From Lepidodermella squamata (taxonomy: Eukaryota; Animalia; Gastrotricha), in the NCBI GenBank assembly GCA_047495785.1, contig JBLDXI010000006.1, positions 62,001 through 126,000 on the forward strand: a DNA stretch of 64,000 nucleotides. The letters run 5' to 3'. The position numbers and the translations under genes were made by a program. This document shows positions 45,101 through 54,112 of this stretch, in pieces. The notes under the pieces were generated by a model. That model was not told the origin of the DNA, did no database searches, and was given only the letters and a program-made list of their open reading frames with translations. Position 1 is the first letter of the stretch, and each line of letters begins with the position of its first letter.

Positions 45101-47137
45101 AATGTTGCTGGCCAGGCTTCTTAAGACTTGTAAAGTGAGGGAGCGAGATAGCAAGCATCTGCCGACTGCTTAGCTAGTAAATGATTGAGGGATACTTCTG
45201 ATCCATCTACTGTAATGAAAGCATCCAGCAGTTGGCCATGATGTCAATGCGCTACTACGATAGTTTCCCATCGTCGGGGCAATGTTTGCTTGGCATCCCA
45301 ACTTTCTAATAATAATAATAATTTCGTTTTCAAAGCGAACTTCAAGGACCAGAAGGGCATGCCACTTGCTCTAACGCTAGGTCTTAACGTAAGTGAGAGA
45401 TATGAACATCGTAAGACTGAGTTTGACTGGTGCAGTCTAGCTGACACTCCCAGGTTCCCAATTTACTATTTTGTAACGCCATTGATTGGTAACACCACCG
45501 ATGGAGACTCGATCCTGGTTCCATCACTAGGACTTGAACCCAGTCCCGAGCGATATCCCCTCAGATACACAGTTGCTCATCGACCCAACTAAGCCACCGT
45601 GCCTCTTATTCTACCTACTCATCTCTGGCACGAGTATTGAACTCCCAACTTGTAGGTATGGAATTGATTGTTATGGGAATTGGTTTCATTGTCATCGATT
45701 TCTGGCTAATTCAGCTGCAATTGCCAAGTGCCAAATGCTGCTATAAAACCAGACTGCAATAACGATAACTGTAAAAATTTGCATGTTTGCATATTCTCGC
45801 CTCATCTGGGACGCCATCTTGGATTTTGCCTCTTTTTTGTTCCCTGTGAAGGTTAAAAGCCAGGAAAATGATATTTTCATTTTATTTTTATTTTATCAAA
45901 CATTTAAATATAAATTCACTCATTATTAATTATTTCTGTTTAAATTTGTTTTCGCGTGGTTTTCAGGCAGAAATTTGCGAGTGGGATTTTGACGCGCCGA
46001 CGACGAAATTATCTTTCATTTCCCGGTTAGCTGTACTGATTGCGATTATCCTGGGTGTTACAGCCGTAATGACTATACTGGTCATAGTAGGCGTGATCTT
46101 GTACAGAAGGAGGTCTAAATCTTTGGTAAAGCGATTCATCGGCATGTCATTTGAGTCTGAAGCTGCTGATGCTGCGAACTACATCGAAGCTATAGCAGAC
46201 CTATCTAGTCTTCTGAAGGACTTGCCGCAGGCTGAAGAACTCATAGAACAGTTCAAGCCTATCAACATTCAGCCCGAAAGGATCCAACTGAATGAGTTTG
46301 TTGGCGAAGGTCAGTTCGGCTCCGTTCATCGAGCCAGTCTTAAAGACTTTGATAGCAACAGCGAAATCAAGATCGCAATCAAGAGTGTCAAACCAGGTTC
46401 CGCATCAAAATTGACTGATTTTCTAAGAGAAGCCCTCATCATGAAAGATTTCTCTCACCATAATGTTCTGCCCCTTATTGGAGTAGCTGCCGTTAACGGC
46501 ACGCCATGCATCGTTGCTACGTTCATGGCTAAAGGCAGTCTAGATCAATTTCTGAAGAAAACAGACGATGACCGGACTGAAGCGGTGCTTATCGACTACT
46601 GCCTTCAGATTTGCCGTGGCATGGTCTATCTTTCATCGAAAAATTGCCTCCACCGAGACCTCGCTTGCAGGAACGTCCTGGTCTCGGATGATTTCGTGTT
46701 GAAAATCAGCGATTTCGGAATGTCGCGCATCCTCGACACCGATAATGTTTACTACAAGCTGCAAAACAGTGGTGGTGAATTGCTGATACCGATTCGCTGG
46801 TACCCTCCTGAATCCATCGAGCAAATGAAATTCGGCCCGAAAAGCGATGTTTGGTGTTTCGGCGTGACGATGTGGGAAGTATTTTCAGGTAAAACCTAAT
46901 GATCTCTCAATACACCTCCAATATTCATTTTGCGTACTAGAGTGCAAATCGATCCCGTATGAAGGACTGGACACGTCATCAGTGGTAGTTCGAATCACGA
47001 CTGGTAAGGTGCTGGAAAAACCCTTGAAATGTCCCGAGCCAGTCTACGAGAAAGTGATGACAAAATGTTGGCTGGAAACGGCGAGTGACCGCCCATCGTT
47101 TGAAGAGCTGGAAGGAATGATTGTAGAGAATGACTGA
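30152..47137 (+). CDS. Receptor tyrosine kinase: SP, LamG-like, SEA-like, LamG-like, pseudo-trypsin, stalk, TM, kinase
   Basis: Approximate exons 30152-30811, 30864-31005, 31058-31134, 31202-31415, 31470-32665, 32718-32970, 46031-46888, 46941-47137 splice in frame. Kinase has GEGQFG, IAIK, HRDLACRN, DFG and PIRWYPPE. Removing the transposon leaves a normal 63-bp phase-1 intron. Confidence 0.82.
34147..34927 (+). CDS. Cargo: type I membrane protein with small Cys domain and Thr-rich stalk
   Basis: ATG at 34147 gives the signal peptide MNAFKPLCLIVLFFGAVSA. Phase-1 introns 34229-34280 and 34440-34496 splice in frame. One TM (LLLTAVSLLIFGFAIVIGAITGV). 3' end uncertain. Confidence 0.65.
35931..37486 (-). 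CDS. Cargo: NEMP/TMEM194-like nuclear envelope integral membrane protein
   Basis: Signal peptide and an in-frame intron at 37261-37203. LVFFSPYLAERPFLFYSTGSILAVLAS matches the NEMP TM1-2 motif. MTSDEYHERGRLNAQISLENLK...HPLQFCRFV matches the conserved C-terminal NEMP region, followed by an acidic tail. Confidence 0.85.
37473..37772 (-). CDS. Cargo: 99-aa single-pass membrane protein
   Basis: Clear TM (WVVVSILLAIGVIVLASFICAFY) followed by a basic stop-transfer segment. Overlaps the first NEMP ATG by 14 nt. Confidence 0.55.
   Translation of the reverse strand: MNSSPDFSFENWFLFNKGNPKAQIHPTSSVKSDSSLPLSLPTPNYWVVVSILLAIGVIVLASFICAFYRSKAIRIRSNLRNFYSIYRPVRNLETLDVSL
38124..42573 (-). CDS. Sola1-type DDD transposase, 11 exons
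   Basis: CKC..KC...F, VCRYFF..ALQIS, DGRG, SHYKR, F.RPK.DKC..C, FDFMKNL.TP (D1), WSDSAGGQNKN (D2), GHSQQPCDTIHSAVER (D3), PF.I.EM, and an acidic tail. All junctions are in frame if intron 4 uses a GC donor (~41310). Confidence 0.88.
39140..39460 (+). repeat. ~3 x 108-bp tandem repeat encoding a DM9 (DUF3421)-like fragment, inside a transposase intron
   Basis: Near-identical units start at 39140, 39248 and 39356. They translate as YVGRARISGDLCPGKIVASYGCCSVGYGMIEHQVKEY(EV), matching DM9 YVGR..PGK..YEV. Confidence 0.85.
42941..45021 (-). CDS. Cargo: GEX1/KAR5/Brambleberry-like membrane protein with two Cys-rich domains (~672 aa, 2 exons)
   Basis: Signal peptide from MQVIP and an RLKR site. CRD1 is SC...C...R...ALSLFDC...TC......SC..KVD.....F.....E...CC. 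CRD2 is AC...C...R..LA..LYNC...AY..A.AVCCY. An in-frame intron (43614-43553) joins an exon with ~3 TMs. Confidence 0.7.
45305..45642 (-). mobile_element. tRNA-derived SINE-like element nested in the Sola1 element
   Basis: On the minus strand: A box TGGCTTAGTTGG (45596-45585), B box GGTTCAAGTCC (45540-45530), an (ATT)n tail near 45307-45322, and flanking 9-bp direct repeats tcccaactt. Confidence 0.6.
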
Positions 47138-47196
47138 AGCTTAGTTTCCAAAATGACTTCATTTGTTGTAGTTCAATACTAGGCTGTGTTACAGCG

Positions 47197-47375
47197 CAGC
47201 GGCGTAACTAGGTCTACCAAACTGGTGGGGCCAGCCTTGGGGCCAGCACATCTTTTGTACGTATTTGCGGCCCCGAATTTTTCAGACCAAAGGGTCCCCC
47301 CTGTGGTACCCTGAGGGTATTTTTCCAGCTGGTGGGGCCGGTGCCCCCCCTGGCCCCCCCTTAGTTACGCCCCTG
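47197..47375. mobile_element. hAT-type MITE
   Basis: Termini cagcggcgtaact / agttacgcccctg. Exact 8-bp TSD ttacagcg at 47189-47196 and 47376-47383. Confidence 0.88.
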
Positions 47376-47669
47376 TTACAGCGAGAATTTTGAGTATGGA
47401 TCAAAGTAAGAAGATGATCTGAGTTGTCAAATGAGATAGATGAGATAGAGAATACTAGAAAACATTAACCGGACCATGCTCTTCAGCTTCCATTTTTCTC
47501 TGAATCGAAACAACTTTCAAATTAATATCGTTAATTTAACTGCCTGACCATCTCATGAAGCTAATTAATTAAATTGTAAATTGTATGCTTTCGTTAGTAA
47601 ACTGAGATCGACATTTGGATCGTGCAGAATACGAAAGTGAACGAAAACGAATAGAGCAATGCTGCAAAT

Positions 47670-47834
47670 CGTTCGTGGCGCGGAAGAACCCGCACTTCGA
47701 TGATTTTTTGCCCTGACTGTACCCCGCGAGTACAGCCTTGGATACTATATGCAATACTGCGCGTTATGCTGTACTCGCGGGGTACAGTCAGGGCAAAAAA
47801 TCATCGAAGTGCGGGTTCTTCCGCGCCACGAACG
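47670..47834. mobile_element. Foldback MITE, probably non-autonomous Sola1
   Basis: ~67-bp perfect inverted arms starting cgttcgtggcgcgg. AAAT TSD at 47666-47669 and 47835-47838. Excision restores channel helix M4 (MIDSCFVICSIALFVF). Confidence 0.88.
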
Positions 47835-47960
47835 AAATGACGAAACAGCTATCAATCATGCGAACCAATCCAACATGTCCGTTAAGGACACGCAACTGCG
47901 GCCTCCTTTTGTATTTGGATCAAAGAAAGATGCAGCCAACCATAAAATTAGAAGGTTATA

Positions 47961-48076
47961 CAGGGTGTTCGCGTAATAATACTCTGGATGAGCTAAAAAT
48001 AGCTACAAAAAAGCTCAAAGGAATGCAAAAAGTAGCAAAGCTATTTTTAGAAGAGTATTATTACGCGAACACCCTG
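47961..48076. mobile_element. Tc1/mariner-type MITE
   Basis: TIR cagggtgttcgcgtaataatactct with a TA TSD. Excision restores ATIYNLLILWL in M3. Confidence 0.9.
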
Positions 48077-51000
48077 TAGATGGTCGCCGCTATGCAGGAC
48101 CACGTCAAACTCTGAGCAAGCTTGCCCAGGAGAGTATCGTAGGGCTTTTTCGGAACTTCATTTAGAATCGCACTTTGCATTACGGTCATCGTTAGAAGGA
48201 CCGTAACTGAGAAAGCAGCTCGATCTGGCGCATCAGGTGGCATCAGAAAAAGAAACAAATTCAGAGAGGCGAGCGTCGATGAAGGGACTGCAAAGTTTTT
48301 GATGTGATACCCTGGATTTCTCGCAAGTTTAACCGCGAACTTGAACGTGGACACGTAAAAGCCCTTGCAGAAAACTTGACCTGAAGAATTTTCAGTCGAG
48401 ACCAGCGTCCAACTGTCGCCTACACGGGAATGGTTAAAATCGAACAGAAGTTTTTCTTGATCTACTCGAACAATATTGCGGCCTTGTTCGAGGGAGAATT
48501 CGAAATCGCACGTTTGCATGTCCAATGGGAACAACTGAAGTGACAGCTCGCAGCTAGCCTCAAACAAACCCTCCTTTTGCCAATAAAAGTCAAATAGGTT
48601 CTATTGGTTGTTGGCACTTTGGAGGACATCATCATCAAATAGTCGTCATTGATAATCATGTTCCGCATTTGAAGGTTAGCATTAGCCGCCGATAGAAATC
48701 GAATCTTTGGCCGCCACACATTGGGCAAATTGTCGATGTAGACAGTCTCGAAATTTCGGCCAGTTGGAAGGGCGGCCAAAGACCACCACGGGCACGTATT
48801 CACCCGCCAGTGCAGCACCATCAACGCTTTCACAGTTATAATTTCGCTAACTGTGTCGATTTCATTTAGGCCGTTAATTTGAAAGCCAACTTCGATTTTC
48901 AGCGGGGCGTCAGAAGAATTCACAATATTTCTAGGTGCATGTACTGAGGCGTTGAAATTGGCGCAGTTTCGCTGTATCGAAGTCACGTCGATGTAGTCAA
49001 AAGTTGGACCCTCAAAGAACGGCACCATTCGCTCAGCAATTGAGGTCCCGCTGACATAAGTAGTTTGCTGCGAGAAAAGTCGACCGCAAGCGTTGCTGAG
49101 ATTGAAGACTTCATCATGGCTCAATGCGGCGTTGAAGAAATAGACGCAAGCAAATTGCGTTTCTGTTTCAGGTTTGCCAAAGAGTAAATTTAAAGATTTC
49201 TCCCCGGCGTATCCGATGCCTATTTCCATCGAAATATAATCCATTGACACGTTTGCGACTACCGGCGGGAAATGTTCGTCGTTGAAGACCAAGCAATCAG
49301 CAGAGATACCTAGGCAACATAAATTGAGCAACCCTCAATAAGGTTGAACCAGTGAAAAATTGAAGAAATCAACCACTATCTAGATAGAGACTAATAAAAT
49401 AACGTCGCCTATCGGACTCTAAATCTAGGCCTGAAATAGACTTGATGAGTATGCTGTCCCCAGCGTTAATTATTTCTATTCATTTACCTGCTGACCATGG
49501 CTCGTAATAAATCATATGAGAGTACGTTAAGCAGTTGTTATAAGCGTCATCGCTTGAGGTGATGGCGTAGAAAGTCCAAGATCCGGGTTGGTGATATCTC
49601 ACGGTTGATATGACTTCTTGCGAAAACACAGTCATCGAGTTTGCATTCGATATTAGACGGATGTCAATATCCGCTTCAGAGCCTGAAGCGGTGCAAGAAA
49701 CTGAGAGGAAACCGAATATTGTAACAATTCCATTCCCCATCCCATTGTCATTGCATAGCGATTTGATGTAGAACGACAGGGTGAAACCCGAACGCGGCCT
49801 CGGTAGGTTGTCGTAGGCAACCAACCCGTCGAATAAACCTGCGTGCCAGTCAGTATAATTCCACGAAACGCTCCCTTGCCCATAGGGCCCTTCAAATTTT
49901 ATCTCATTCACGTTATAAGAACTTGGCTGGCGGGGTAAGATGGCGTTTCCAGCTCCGTCCCACCCGATTAGCTTCGAATCATACGACAGCGGCCAAAATC
50001 CAATTAGATTCTCCAGCCGAGGAATGCTTGTCATATCTACTCGCGGCTCTATCTCGCCCATTGTTGCTTTAGCAGCGTTGAGACACGGTTTTAGAAACAA
50101 CGATTTCACCTCTTCTGCAGCCAAAGCGACTTTGTACAAAGCGACACATGAAACTTTGAACTCAGAGGTGAGACGAACTGGTCTATGCAGCCATTGTTTT
50201 CGTTTTCCGATCACGAATTCTCGCCGAGTATCTTTAACGTAAAGTTTAGCCGGAACCGTGTAATTTTCACTGAATAGCCTCTGATCATTTGTTCTCATTC
50301 GATAGAAAACAGCCTCGTTCGACGACTTTCGATACGTGAAAGCCAACAAATTGCTATCCCCTGAATTGTTGTCTGGTTCATCGGAATCTTCTCCGGCAAG
50401 GTACCAACTATCAGCCCCAGTTCGCAATGAAATTCCAGCTCTAAACATCTCGAATATGCCATCGAATTCGATCGAGCCAATTTTGTAACTAGCATGTACA
50501 GAAACTGTGAAAGAACTCGGAATTTCGGGTACCGAATAACTGGCGATTCTCGTTCCGCTCGTCGAATCGTAATAACCAGTGTTGCGATGAAATGTGGCTG
50601 TGCTGTTTGTCGGCTGTGTGTCTCTTCGTTTGAAGTTGTGTATCCAGTGAGACCCGAGTAAGCGTCCATAGGCCAGAATGCGATGAGTTGGTCCAAGCGT
50701 GGCAGTTCGATCTTGGAAACATCCAAGCCGATGGTACAAGTAGACAAACTACTCAGAACCAGAATATGACCGCAAAGCATGTCTTTAGTCTTTAGTGCAT
50801 TTTCTCAGCAGGATGACAATTGTACAAAAGCAACTGAAGGTGAAAAATTACGGTCACCACGCGTGGGGTTTAATATCCTCGAGCAAACCCTCTAGGTGTT
50901 TTTCCGAAGGGATGGGTAGGTAACAAATCGGCATTTATTTGTACAGTGTAAGATTACAATGAATTGGAATTGTTTGCTCGCAAAATCGATGCAGTTCCTG

Positions 51001-51689
51001 TCGAAAGGCGTCAAAATCCCCAGCAAATATGAAGCTGGTAGCTAGTGTAAAAATGCTGGCATTCGGCCAAAATGAAACGGAGCCAACATTCTGGAAAGTC
51101 CTATTCTAGAACATTCTATAATCATGAAGAGATTGTTTTTATTTTCAATGCGGGACTTTCTGAGGGGTCACGTGTCACGTGCTCGCTGACCAAATTGAGC
51201 TGGATTTATCGGCGAAGAATTTTTCGTTAAATTAGACTGCAATGTCCTTATTGATCCTTATTACAGTAAGGTTGCACATGGGTAGTCTTAAAATTATTTT
51301 CGATCGATGAGACTCGTCCGCGTGGCATAGGATTGACTTTCCTGGTTACAAATTTATCAATTAATACCGTGATCGTACGCCATTGCAGTACGAAGGTCAT
51401 TAACAGCGACGTTGAAATTGTGAATGCTGACACAGTTCCAATGATTACGTTCGGCGTGTGGTCGAAAACAGATAGAGCGAACGCGCAGACGAGTAGAAAC
51501 GACGACTGGATATAGAGAGCAGCTGCAGAGTATCTAATGTCGTCGTTAGGACGATGCTCTCGAATTCTTGCAGCTGAATCAGCCGAAAAGGTCGACGAAC
51601 TGACTCGTGGTCGAGGCTGAGCACTAGAGCGCCTCTTAAACTCAGCCCCAACCGTAGAAGTTCGCCTTACTTGTTTTCGAGTTGAACTG

Positions 51690-52961
51690 CGAATTATCGC
51701 AGCTCTCCCTGCTGCCGCTGCCGCGAAACCTTGTTGGCTGGATGGCCGACTACTTACGCGATCGCCGCCTCCAGGCCCGTGTCGCCGGCTCCCTCAGTCG
51801 ACAGGTCACGGTTAACTGCGGTGTCCCACAGGGTTCCCCGCTCTCTCCGCTTTTGTATATTCTGTACACTGCCGACCTTCTCTCGGCGCCCAGTGTCGAT
51901 GGTGCCCTGCTTCAGGCTTACGCCGACGATCTTACCGTCGTGGGCGAAGGGCGGTCCTTCAACGCGGCGCAACGCTGTACGCAGCTTGAACTTATCCGTA
52001 TCTCGTCATGGGCGTCAAAGTGGCGCCAGCACTTCAACCCTGCGAAAAGCGAGGCCATGCCTTTCGGCCAGGCTCCGCTAGATCTCCGTCTCAACGGTTC
52101 GCGCATTCCGCAAGTTTCCTCGATGCGCGTGCTCGGCGTACGTTTGGACCCCAAGCTCACCTGGAAAGCTCATATCGATCACGTAGTCTCTCGCTGCCAC
52201 GAGAACATGGGTTTTTTCCGGCGTGCCCTGCACGCCCCTGGTCTTTCTCGTCATTGGCGGCGGATGTTGTACCTCACGCTGATCCGTTCGATCTGGTCGT
52301 TCGGCAACATCTGCCTCTCCACCGCGTCGAAGCAGCAGCTGCGGCGGCTCTCTGTCCTCCAGAATGACTGTCTTCGGGCGATCCTCAGCGTCCGCCGCGA
52401 CGATCGCGTTAGTGTCTCCGAGCTGGAAAGCCGCTGCCGTGTTCCAGGTGTGGCGGCCTTCTTTGCGCAGTGCCAACGGCGATATGCTACCAATGCTGCC
52501 CAGTTTGTCCTGCCTCTGCGCGAGGACCTCGAGAGCGTCCGCCTGTCGCCTCAGCCCCCACCCCGTTCACCCTTCGTACTGCTGAATAGCCGGCTTCCTC
52601 TTGGTCCTCTTCCTACCTTTCTTGGTTAGCCATACCTCACCTTCTCCCCCTTTCTTCTTCCAATTTCTCCGTCTTTGTTTGTTGCCTCCTCCTTCTCCCT
52701 CATACTTTACCGCTGCTTCTACCTTGACTCCCATGCTTTTGATAACTACCCCGCCTTACCTCTCCCTCTCTCCTCTGCTCACCCATCTGTGTATTTGCGC
52801 GCACCGTCGTCGACGAGCGCGGCTCTCCATAGCTGGCCCGTGCCTTGTTAGTATTTTTCTCCTTCTACTTTATTTTGTTGTTGTTGTTTATTGCTGCTGA
52901 GTTATTGAAGATGCTAACGGGGACACAATAAAAGATTTTTATGTTTTTTTTTTTTTATGTT
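51690..52961 (+). mobile_element. 5'-truncated non-LTR retrotransposon (LINE RT C-terminus plus 3' UTR)
   Basis: GVPQGSPLSPLLY, YADD, FNPAKS and LGVRLD.KLTW motifs. Pyrimidine-rich 3' UTR, AATAAA and a T-rich end. aactg direct repeat at both junctions. Confidence 0.92.
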
Positions 52962-54112
52962 AACTGATCGCTAGACTCAAAGCAACGATGAGAAGAAGGC
53001 CCTGAAATCCAAGAAGAGTTATCGGGGCTTTAGGAATAGCGTTTTCTTCCTGAAAGGAGCACAGATAGATGTGCTCAGTCCAAATTGTATCACTGTCAGG
53101 TTCGTAGAAACTCTGCGAAGCTATGTATGCTTTCGGCACCGATTCGCCGATGTACCAAGCTAGAATTAAGGACACATCGAAGACCATCGCTACAGCTAGA
53201 GTCTTAAGATACAGCCGTACACTTCTATCTTTCCTGCAAAATCGATAGCTCCATAATTTAGAGCCGATCGCTATTGTGGATAGGTTGAATCCGATTATCA
53301 TCAAAGGCCCGACAGCTGAGCAAAAAACGCCTAGGCGTTGCAGATTCAAAATATCGACTGGGTGGAACAAAACAGTTGCTGCCATTAAGGTGGAGCCAAG
53401 ACAAGTTAGGATATCGAATGAGTTTTTTGTCTTGAGGATGTATCCAGCGATTTGTAACAGCCATTTCAAGGCCACTGTAAGAACAGTCGTTGCTATCAAA
53501 CCACTTACCGTTTCGCTTTTTACAACAATCTCTCTTTGTCCTGAGATCGGTTCTGTACTGAAAGTTCCTTTCTGCCATCGCAATGGAGCCATTTTCTCAA
53601 AGTATTTCACAGGGTCCGAAATACTGCGATTTATTGCGATTAGAACAGTGGCGCGGCCACCCCTATACAGCTGTTCAACAGTGAGCGGCGGGTTAATCGA
53701 CTCGTACTCCCCTGGCAGGAACGCAGCTTTCCCGAACAACCCAGTTGCCTCTAGGGTCGTCGTCTTCTCACGAATGAGCTCGCTCAATTCAACTTTCCTC
53801 CGACCATCTATGATTACGTCTTTCAAAGTTTCGTTTCGTTTGTTCAGTTCCAGTTCAGTGTTATGAAGAATTCTTGCAGTAATGATAGCTTCATCGAAGC
53901 AAATGATCCGCCAAGAAAGTGCTGTATGTCTCTCATAATTTGGAACCCTCGTAGCTAAGTGATCATCGAACTGCTTGAATGTTATTCCGATTTCCGACTT
54001 GAAACTTTTAGGCTGGGAGTTTGCTAGATAGTCAGGCCCAATGTACAGCGAGTATTCAGCAAATTCCTTGACCATCTCCCTTGTACAGCCAGGATGTAGA
54101 AGTCCGTTGACC

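Larger units (their letters stand above)
33013..46005 (-). mobile_element. ~13-kb cargo-carrying Sola1 DNA transposon
   Basis: Perfect 29-bp TIRs cgtcgtcggcgcgtcaaaatcccactcgc (33013-33041 and 45977-46005). AAAT TSD at 33009-33012 and 46006-46009, fitting the Sola1 AWWT preference. Internal Sola1-type transposase gene. Confidence 0.93.
47569..50780 (-). pseudogene. Disrupted Cys-loop ligand-gated ion channel with two N-terminal LamG-like domains
   Basis: Signal peptide, LIAFWP.. and LIGFWP.. repeats, VWRP, Cys-loop CELSLQLFPLDMQTC and M1-M4. Frameshifts near 50620, 48600 and 47920. MITEs in M3 and M4. Confidence 0.82.

Noticed and set aside
45525-45603. Functional tRNA gene
   Set aside because: A and B boxes and a T-arm are present, but there is no convincing acceptor or anticodon stem. 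Treated as a SINE head.
33013-46005. Endogenous virus or Polinton/Maverick
   Set aside because: No recognisable polB, capsid, packaging ATPase or retroviral-type integrase. The 4-bp AWWT TSD and the transposase motifs fit Sola1.
45868-46030. N-terminus of the 343-aa kinase ORF as a stand-alone gene start
   Set aside because: It is read through the transposon's AT-rich end and right TIR plus intron. The real exon most likely starts at 46031.
47569-50780. Programmed frameshifting in the LamG-channel gene
   Set aside because: Three frameshifts plus two MITE insertions in TM helices are better explained by pseudogenisation, although some indels could be sequencing errors.
51731-52900. Many overlapping ORFs around the RT fragment, and antisense ORFs over other genes
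   Set aside because: These are shadow ORFs from GC-rich coding DNA and the pyrimidine-rich LINE 3' UTR.
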